DNA of 64,000 nucleotides from an uncultured Thermoleophilaceae bacterium (GTDB lineage Bacteria; Actinomycetota; Thermoleophilia; Solirubrobacterales; Thermoleophilaceae): NCBI GenBank assembly GCA_963733885.1, contig CAVTES010000002.1, positions 43,896 to 107,895 of the forward strand, read 5' to 3'. Shown piece by piece: positions 57,191 to 64,000 of this stretch (position 1 is its first letter; each line of letters starts with the position of its first letter). The notes under the pieces were generated by a model. It saw only the letters and a program-made list of their open reading frames with translations, ran no database searches and was not told where the DNA came from. The position numbers and the translations under genes were made by a program.

Positions 57191-58720
57191 ATGGCCACGA
57201 CATACCTGTCGCCGGGCGTCTACGTCGAAGAAGTGCAGGCTGGCTCGCGTCCCATCCAGGGCGTGGGTACGGCCGTTGCCGCTTTCGTCGGCCTGGCGGA
57301 GAGGGGACCTTTCAACGAGCCGAGGCTTGTCACGAACTGGAGCCAGTTCACGCAAACCTTCGGCGAGTTCATCGAGGGGTCGTACCTCGCTCACGCCGTC
57401 TACGGCTACTTCAATAACGGAGGCGGGAACGCATACGTCGTCCGGGTAGGGCAGCAGAACGGCGGGCCGGCCGCGCGGGCGGAGCTGCCTAGCGGTGCGG
57501 ACGCGACGCTCGCGGCTTACCGGATCGTCGAGCTCGAGCCGGCCGAGGCTGGCGGCGAGGTGGCTGTCGAGGTCTCGTATCCCCCCGATGCGCCCGACGA
57601 CACCTTCACGCTCACCGTGAGCCGCGGGAGTGACGTTACGGAGACGCACGAGAGTGTGACCACCAAGAAGGGCAAGCGGAACGTCGCCACGCTCGTCAAC
57701 AAGGAGTCGAAGCTGATCCAGATCGAGGAGCTCGCCAGCGGCGAAGCACTCGGTCCCCGCCCGGCCGCCGGCGTCTTCGCGCTCGCCGTTCCCGAGGCCG
57801 CGAGCGTCGAGCACATCAGCCCGGACGACTACGTCGGGGATACCGCCGACCGGACGGGGTTCGGAGGCCTCGAGGCGATCGACGAGGTGACGATGCTCTG
57901 CGTCCCCGACGCCCTGGCCGCCTACCAGGCGGGGATGATCGACCTCGAGGGCCTGCAGACGGTGCAGATGGCAATGATCTCCCACTGCGAGTCCTTGGGC
58001 GACCGGATGGCGATCCTGGACGCGCCGCCCGGGCTGAACCCGCAGCAGGTCCACGAGTGGCGCGTCGACAAGGCGGGCTACGACTCGCCCTTCGCAACGC
58101 TCTACTGGCCGTGGATCAAGTCCTTCGATCCCGTGGCCGGCAAGAACATCCCGGTGCCGCCCAGCGGCCACCTGGCCGGGATCTGGGCGCGCACGGACAG
58201 CACCCGCGGCGTCCACAAGGCCCCGGCGAACGAGGTCGTCAGGGGCGCGATCTCGCTCGAGATCCAGATCACGAAGGGCGAGCACGACCTCTTGAACCCG
58301 GACGGGATCAACTGCATCCGCGCGTTTCCGGGACAGGGGATCCGCGTGTGGGGCGCTCGCACACTCGCAAGCGACGCCTCCTGGCGCTACATCAACGTCC
58401 GCCGGCTCTTCAACTACGTCGAAGAGTCGATCGAAGAGGGCACACAGTGGGTCGTGTTCGAGCCGAACGACCAGGCCCTCTGGGGGCGGATCCGCCGCAC
58501 GATCACCTCGTTCCTCCTGGGCGTTTGGCGCACGGGCGCGCTCTTCGGCGCGACGCCCGCCGAGGCGTTCTACGTCAAGTGCGATGCGGAGACGAACCCG
58601 CCCGACGTCGTGGAGGCCGGGCAGGTGATCTGCGAGATCGGGATCGCGCCGGTGAAGCCGGCCGAGTTCGTCATCTTCCGCATCGCCCAGTACACGGGCG
58701 GCGCGACCGTTACCGAATAA
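57191..58720 (+). CDS. Contractile tail sheath protein (Afp2-4/Pvc2-4, phage sheath family)
   Basis: MATTYLSPGVYVEEVQAGSRPIQGVGTAVAAFVG...VTNWSQFTQTFG N-terminus and INCIRAFPGQGIRVWGART...PAEFVIF C-terminal sheath domain. Confidence 0.93.
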   Translation: MATTYLSPGVYVEEVQAGSRPIQGVGTAVAAFVGLAERGPFNEPRLVTNWSQFTQTFGEFIEGSYLAHAVYGYFNNGGGNAYVVRVGQQNGGPAARAELPSGADATLAAYRIVELEPAEAGGEVAVEVSYPPDAPDDTFTLTVSRGSDVTETHESVTTKKGKRNVATLVNKESKLIQIEELASGEALGPRPAAGVFALAVPEAASVEHISPDDYVGDTADRTGFGGLEAIDEVTMLCVPDALAAYQAGMIDLEGLQTVQMAMISHCESLGDRMAILDAPPGLNPQQVHEWRVDKAGYDSPFATLYWPWIKSFDPVAGKNIPVPPSGHLAGIWARTDSTRGVHKAPANEVVRGAISLEIQITKGEHDLLNPDGINCIRAFPGQGIRVWGARTLASDASWRYINVRRLFNYVEESIEEGTQWVVFEPNDQALWGRIRRTITSFLLGVWRTGALFGATPAEAFYVKCDAETNPPDVVEAGQVICEIGIAPVKPAEFVIFRIAQYTGGATVTE

Positions 58721-58732
58721 AGGAGGCGTGGA

Positions 58733-59182
58733 ATGCCTGGGCTCGAGTCTGAAGACGTCTTTGCATCGTTCAACTTCGTCCTCGAGGTCGACGGCGAGAC
58801 GGTCGGAATGTTCAAGGAGCTGTCCGGGGTCAGCATGGAGCGTGAGGTGATCACGAGCCGTGAAGTCCTTTCGGACGGAAAGGTCGTCCTCAAGAAGCTG
58901 CCGGGCAAGAGGCAGGACGGCGACCTCGTCCTCAGGCGCGGGAAGACCGAGGACGAGAAGCTCTGGGACTGGATGGACCAAGTCAATGAAGGCAAAATGG
59001 GGGAAGCCCGCAAGACCGGGTCCATCGTCCTCTACGACTACGAGGGCGCGGAGACACTCCGCTACAACTTCGACGCCGGCTGGCCTTCCCGCGTCGCGCT
59101 CGGCGGGATGTCGGGGGCCGCGAATGAGGTGCTCGTCGAGGAGTGCACGATCGTGCACGAAGGGCTCAGCCGGCAGTCGTGA
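58733..59182 (+). CDS. Tail tube protein (T4 gp19-like; Afp1/5-type)
   Basis: FNFVLEVDGETVGMFKELSGVSMEREVI...KKLPGKRQDGDLVLRRG...LWDWM...YNFDAGWPSRV...ECTIVHEGL. Confidence 0.9.
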   Translation: MPGLESEDVFASFNFVLEVDGETVGMFKELSGVSMEREVITSREVLSDGKVVLKKLPGKRQDGDLVLRRGKTEDEKLWDWMDQVNEGKMGEARKTGSIVLYDYEGAETLRYNFDAGWPSRVALGGMSGAANEVLVEECTIVHEGLSRQS

Positions 59183-59607
59183 GCCGGGCGCCGAGCGCCA
59201 TCGAGGTGGCCGAGCGGTCGAACGAGGACGGCCTTCACACCGAGTTCGCCTTCGAGCTTCCGCGCGGCTACGTCGACGCTGCCGGGGCCGTCCACCGGCT
59301 GGGGAAGATGCGCCTCGCGACGGCGCGCGACGAGCTCGTGCCTCTGCGCGACCCGCGCGTCCGGGACAACGAGAGCTACCTCACCGTCCTCCTGCTCGCG
59401 CGCGTCGTCACCGAGCTCGGGACGCTCTCCGATACGCAGGTGAACCCCGGCGTGATCGAAGGCCTCTTCGCCTCGGACCTCGCGTTCCTCCAGGATCTGT
59501 ACCGGCGCGTGAACCAAGAGGGGCACACCCGCGCCGCGGTCACGTGCCCATCGTGCAACCACGGCTTTGAGGTCGACGTGACCGGTGATGGCCTGGGGGG
59601 GTCGTGA
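59179..59607 (+). CDS. Conserved CIS-operon protein of unknown function (follows the tube gene; C-terminal CxxC)
   Basis: The likely GTG start at 59179 overlaps the tube stop (GTGA). EFAFELPRGYVD..GAVHRLGKMRLATARDEL.PLRDPRV..NESYLTVLLLARVV.ELG...LFASDLAFLQDLY is a pattern I recall from actinobacterial CIS loci. TCPSCNH. Confidence 0.7.
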   Translation: MSRAPSAIEVAERSNEDGLHTEFAFELPRGYVDAAGAVHRLGKMRLATARDELVPLRDPRVRDNESYLTVLLLARVVTELGTLSDTQVNPGVIEGLFASDLAFLQDLYRRVNQEGHTRAAVTCPSCNHGFEVDVTGDGLGGS

Positions 59608-59762
59608 CGAGCGATCCGGACCGCCTCTTCGAGGAGGTCGCGTACGTGGCGTACCACTTCCACTGGTCGTTCGCCGAGATCGCGGACCTCGAGCACCCGC
59701 TTCGCCGCCGCTTCGTCGACGAGATCATCGGGATCAACAGGCAGCTCGCGAGCGAGGAATGA
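59604..59762 (+). CDS. Small conserved CIS-operon protein (52 aa)
   Basis: Below the track size cut-off. The GTG at 59604 overlaps the upstream stop (GTGA). VTSDPDRLFEEVAYVAYHFHWSFAEIADLEHPLRRRFVDEIIGINRQLASEE has high GC3 and globular composition. Confidence 0.6.
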   Translation: MTSDPDRLFEEVAYVAYHFHWSFAEIADLEHPLRRRFVDEIIGINRQLASEE

Positions 59763-59765
59763 GCG

Positions 59766-62700
59766 GTGGCCGCCCTGCGGATCTCCTGGCTTCCGCCGGC
59801 TGACAGCAGCTCCCCGAACGCCCACGCGAAGCCCGGTGCATGGAGCTCTCTACCGCCCCTCAGTCGAACGGCTGGCCCTATCCAGGCGACCGCCCAGTCC
59901 ATCCCTTTCGTCCGTCGTCTGGCGATCCGCCGGCCGCCGAGCATCTCGCTTGCACCGCTTCGTCACGAGCTGAGCCTTCGGGCGCCGCACGGGCTCGTCA
60001 GCGGGATTGCGCGGGTGGTCGCCCGCTCGCAAGTCGAGCCCGAGCTCGAGTTCGCCCGGAAGCCAGTTCTGGATGGCGGGCCGGACGCGCCCGACGCCCT
60101 TCCCGTCGGCGAAGCGGCGGCCACCAACGTATCCACGTCTTCTTCGTCCGGCCAGGTGAGCGTTCCGAGCCCGACGCCGCGCGTCCTGCGAACTGCGCAG
60201 CCACGCGCGGACGGTGGACCGAGGCAGCTCACACGGCTTGAGCTGCCGCCGGGCGTCCTCGCCCGGGAGCCGACGAAACCGTCGCCGACCGCCGAGGCGT
60301 CGGCGAACGAGGTGGCGGATCCCGTGGCGCCGCCCATGCCTTCCCCGGGCGCACCTGCCTCGGCCGCCGCACCCGTCGGCCGCTCGGCTCCCGATGTCCC
60401 CCGCCGCCGCTTGCTCCACCGTGTCGGCCTCGGCGCTCCGCTCGTGTCTCCCCGTCCTGGCAATCCGCCTGCCGAGGAGCCGGAGCGCGTGGCTCCGGCC
60501 GAAAAGCCATCGGTAGCGACGGACCCGCCCACGCCGAACTCCGTGGCCGCCCAACGGACCGAGCAAAAGATCGAGCCGGCCGCTTCGCCCTCTCGCGTAA
60601 GAGCAAGGGCGGCGAGGGAAAGACAGCTTGAGCAGGCGGGAGAACGGACAGGTCTCGCGGGCGTCGCGCCCGCGCCCCGCGGGACTGCTCGGGTGCCGCT
60701 CGCAACGGACCTTTCGACAAGTGACCACCCCCTCGCGGCCGACCGTTCGACGGGCGGGCAACCAACCCGGCCGACAGAGCCCGTGACATTCGGGCCGACA
60801 GATCCTGCGGTCCCTTCCCACGGCGGCTCAGAAGAGAGTGGGCAAGTTTCGCCCCGTTCGGCGCGCCGTGAGAGCAAGCCGGGTCGCTCCAGTCCAGCGC
60901 AGCGGCAGCCGGGAGCGGGCGTTGGTCGGGGAGACGTTCCTATCGTGTCTGGTCGAACCCCGCTCGTGGAGCCGGTCGCTGGGGGGCAGCTAGCCGCCGG
61001 ACCGGGCGCGAAGCAGGCCGCCCGACCCCGGCCGCGACGGCGGGCGCCGCCGCGGCTCCAAGCCGGGGCGGGGAGGGGGACCCTTTGCCAGGCCGGTCGG
61101 GCGCACCCAGAGCGGGGCGGCCAGCGCGCCCGGAGGCGCCCCCGTCACGACCTCCAGGGGAGGCCGAGCGCGCCGCTTTGTCCGCGCCCGTGGAGGCGGC
61201 GCGGTCGGCCGCGCCGGCTCCGCAGACGACGTCCGGCGCTGCCGCGTCGCGCCCGAAACGACGCGACCAACCAGCGCCGCGACGCGCGGAGACCGAAGGG
61301 ACGTCCGGGTCATCGCAGCCGATCTCGCCCGGATCGCCCCTTGAGCCACCCCCCGCGCGGCAGCCGCAAGCGGGCGTTGGTCGGGAAGATGTTCCTCTGG
61401 TGTCTGGTCGGGCCCCGCTCGTGGAGCCGGTCGCTGGGGGGCAGGTAGCCGCCGGACCAGGCGCGAAGCGGGCCGCCCGGGCGCCGGGCGCGGCGGCAGG
61501 CGCGGCGCCCCCGTCGGCGGGCGATGGATCCGTGCCCGCGGCGCGACCGGCGCCCGCGCGCGTCGATCGCGACGACGCGCCGGCGACCAGACATGTGGGA
61601 GGCCCCTCGCCGCTTCGGTCGCCGGCCCCAGCCGCCAAGGCGGTCGCCGCCGCGGCTCCAAGCCGGGCCGAGGAGGGGGACCCTGCGCCAACCCGGTCGG
61701 CCGCACCGGCACGGCAGACGACGTCCGGCGCCGGCTCGTCGCGCCCGTCACGACGTGACCAACCAGCGCCGCGCGGCGCGGAGACCGAGGGGACGAGCGG
61801 GTCCTCGCAGCCGATCTCGCCCGGGTCGCCCCCTGAGCCAGATCCCGGGCGGCAGCCGCAAGCGGGCGTTGGTCGGGGAAACGTTCCGCTGGTGTCTGGT
61901 CGGGCCCCGCTCGTGGGGCCGGTCGCTAGGGGGCTGGCCGGACCGATCGCCAAGCACGCCGCCCCGGCGGCAGGCGCGACGCCCCCCTCGGCGGGCGATG
62001 GATCCGTGCCAGCGGCGCGGCCGGGGCTCGCCCGCGTCGATCGCGACGACGCGCCGGCGACCAGACATGTGGGAGGCCCCTCGCCGCTTCGGTCGCCGGC
62101 CCCAGCCGCCAAGGCGGTCGCCGCCGCGGCTCCAAGCCGGGCCGAGGAACGGGACAGGGCGCCAAGCCAGTCGGCCGCGCCGGCACCGCAGACGACGTCC
62201 GGCGCTGCCACGTCGCGCCCGCCACGACGCGACCAAGCAGCGCCGCGCGGCGCGGAGACCGCGCCCGGCACGGGCCAGAACGCGACCCCGCCCATCCCCC
62301 CCGCCGCCGCCCGCCATGTCGCCGGGCAGTCCGCCCCCGCGACGGCGGCCGACGCCCCCGCCGTCGTCCCGCAGCGCGCAGCTCGGCCTGCGACCGAAGG
62401 GACGACCGGGTCCTCGCAGCCGATCTCGCCCGGGTCGTCCCTTGAGCCCCCCGCCGAGCGGCAGCCGCAAGCGGGCGTTGGTCGGGGAGACGTTCCTACT
62501 GGTGTCTGGTCGGGCCCCGCTCGTGGAGCGGGTCGCTGGGGGGCAGCTAGCCGCCGGACCGATCGCGAAGCGGGCCGCCCCGGCGCCGGGCGCGGCGGCA
62601 GGCGCAACGCCCCCGTCGGCGGGCGATGGATCCGTGCCTGCGGCGCGACGAGAGCCCGCCCGCGTCGATCGCGACGACGCGCCGGCGACCCGACCTCCAC

Positions 62701-63962
62701 GGGCAGCCAAGCGGGCCGTCTTGCCCGCACCCGACGCGGGCCAGAACGCGACCGCGCCGATCCCCGCCGCCGCCGCCCGCCAGGTCGCCGCGCAGCCCGC
62801 CCCCGCGACGACGGCCAAAGCCCCCGCCGTCGTCCCGCAGCGCGCAGCTCGGCCTGCGACCGAAGGGACGACCGGGTCCTCGCAGCCGATCTCGCCCGGG
62901 TCGCCCCCTGAGCCACCCCCCGAGCGGCAGCCGGAAGCGGGCGTTGGTCGGGGAGACGTTCCGCTGGTGTCTGGTCGGGCCCCGCTCGTGGAGCCGGTCG
63001 CTGGGGGGCTGGCCGGACCGATCGCCAAGCAGGCCGCCCCGGCGGCAGGCGCGGCGGCCCCGTCGGCGGGCGACGGATCCGGGCCCCCGGACGCGCCCCC
63101 GTCACGTCCTCCACGAGAGGCCGAGCGGGCCGCTTTCTCCGCGCCCGTGGAGGCGGCGCGGTCGGCCGCACCGGCGCCGCAGACGAGGTCCGGCCCTGCC
63201 GCATCGCGCCCGCCAGGACGTGACCAAGCGCCGCCGCGCGGCGCGGAGACCGCGCCCAGCACGGGCCAGAACGCGACCGCGCCCATCCCCGCCGCCGCGC
63301 GCCAGGTCGCCGCGCAGTCGGTCCCCGCGACGGCGGCCGCTGGGCTCGGCGACCCGGTGTCGCTCGCTGAGAGGTCCATCGCGGCGTCCCGACCCCTGAG
63401 CGGCGCTCGGCGCCTCGGCTCGCCGACGCTGCGGGCCCCGTCGCCCCGACGTCCGGACTCGCCCGCGGACGAACCGCGGCAGCCGCGGCATGGGCGGCCG
63501 GAGCTCCAAGCCTCGGGGGGTGGGCGGCGCGAGATGCCGGGCGCAGCTGCTGCGCCGGCGGGGCGGACGCGGCTCGTCCCGCAGCCTCACGCATCCCCCG
63601 CAGCCCGCGCGCGTTCTGCCGGGACCGCGGACAACCCGAACTCGGTGAACCGCTCGCGGTCGTCGACTCCCGACGACTCCGGCTCGGTCACACCCGAGCC
63701 CGCTGCAGCCACCGCGATCCCGAAGCGCGCAATTGCGACGATGCCGGCGCCGTCGTCCCCGCCTACCCCACCGTCGGCGGCGCCTCGCGCTGCGGTCGTG
63801 CAGCGCGCCACATCCGAACCCCGTCTCGGTGCCTCAGAGAGAACGACCGAATACGAGTTCGACCAGCTCGCGGACCGGCTGTATGGGCGGATCAGCGCGC
63901 GTCTGCGCGGCGAACTGCGGATCGACCGCGAGCGCCTGGGGCTCGCCGCTGACCTGCGATGA
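59766..63962 (+). pseudogene. Pro/Ala-rich tandem-repeat protein in the tape-measure position of the CIS operon; frame broken twice as sequenced
   Basis: The sensible reading is frame of 59766 up to ~61033 (..VGRGDVPIVSGRTPLVEPVAGGQLAAGPGAKQAA). It then moves to the frame of track ORF 61085..62911, until an extra nucleotide near 62498 (GTTCCTaCTGGTG). It then returns to the frame of ORF 61524..63962. The gene ends in the globular EYEFDQLADRLYGRISARLRGELRIDRERLGLAADLR. The off-frame segments are Arg-rich junk. If intact it would be ~1398 aa. As written, the first frame stops at 61448. Confidence 0.6.
60890..63340 (+). repeat. Five imperfect tandem coding repeats (periods about 456, 492, 609 and 466 nt)
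   Basis: The core GGGCGTTGGTCGGGGAGACGTTCC..GGTCGGGCCCCGCTCGTGGAGCCGGTCGCTGGGGG recurs at 60916, 61372, 61864, 62473 and 62939. Stretches over 110 nt are identical between copies 2 and 3 (for example CGCGTCGATCGCGACGACGCGCCGGCGACCAGACATGTGGGAGGCCCCTCGCCGCTTCGG...). Confidence 0.9.
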
Positions 63963-63973
63963 AGGAGGGCTGA

Positions 63974-64000
63974 TGGAAGCTTCCGGCGATATGGGAACGC
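63974..64000 (+). CDS. Start of the next CIS-operon gene (truncated by the window end)
   Basis: GAAGGAGGG RBS at 63961-63969, then ATGGAAGCTTCCGGCGATATGGGAACGC. Only 9 codons are visible, so identity is unknown. Confidence 0.35.

Noticed and set aside
57017-59158. 713-aa minus-strand ORF opposite the sheath and tube genes
   Set aside because: The plus strand encodes unmistakable sheath and tube proteins. The antisense product is low-complexity (R/D/L/V/P) without motifs.
59759-59803. 14-codon ORF (MSGGRPADLLASAG) whose ATG overlaps the preceding stop (ATGA)
   Set aside because: Too short to support. It might mark yet another frame problem at the 5' end of the repeat gene, but the GTG at 59766 opens the long frame directly, so I kept that start.
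60890-63340. Possible CRISPR array because of regular repeats
   Set aside because: The periods are 456-609 nt. The repeats are long, imperfect and in-frame coding, and there are no short repeat/spacer units or cas genes.
60940-63594. 884-aa minus-strand ORF and other long ORFs over the repeat array (61748..63379, 60990..61751)
   Set aside because: Arg/Ala/Gly/Pro junk generated by the GC-rich repeats. Only one plus-strand reading gives repeat units that end in a conserved globular C-terminus.
59766-63962. Treating 59766..61448, 61085..62911 and 61524..63962 as three separate overlapping genes
   Set aside because: Each track ORF is coding-like only over part of its length and Arg-rich nonsense elsewhere. 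The sensible segments tile end-to-end as one repeat protein.

Overview
High-GC (about 70%) Actinomycetota-type chromosomal segment. It is densely coded, with many 4-nt start/stop overlaps (GTGA/ATGA). Many long ORFs in the track are off-frame or antisense artefacts, and several are N-terminally over-extended, so I trimmed starts where a conserved N-terminus or a coupled start was visible. From 1 to about 46 kb the content is housekeeping and metabolic. It holds a secreted M1 peptidase (partial), an internally deleted xthA remnant and the Lhr helicase. A c-di-AMP (ydaO-type) riboswitch precedes an NlpC/P60 wall hydrolase, followed by UdgB. Next come an ABC-2 exporter with rmlB/rmlD/rmlA, a naturally fused PafBC-like WYL regulator, and a frameshifted OB-fold/HD gene. 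Then tRNA-Phe, a peptide-scavenging block (S58, S9 and S15 peptidases plus a Dpp/Opp-type ABC importer), P5C-dehydrogenase-like and class-III aminotransferase genes, and an MrfA-like helicase with DUF1998. The block ends with a glucosylglycerate-type cluster (gpgS, HAD phosphatase, glycerate kinase) and a macro-domain gene. From 46.5 to 51 kb lie two convergent DUF4239 membrane-protein paralogs with a decayed partial duplicate between them, and a bitopic membrane protein. From 51.2 kb to the window end is the 5' half of a contractile injection system (eCIS / Streptomyces-type CIS) operon. Its order is atypical LuxR regulator, DUF4255 cap-like protein, AAA+ ATPase, DUF4157 protein with a second HExxH domain, sheath, tube, two small conserved proteins, then a ~4.2 kb Pro/Ala-rich tandem-repeat gene in the tape-measure position. 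That last gene keeps a sensible reading frame only with two compensating frame changes. Baseplate and spike genes are expected beyond the window. All family assignments come from motif recognition by eye; no database search was possible.
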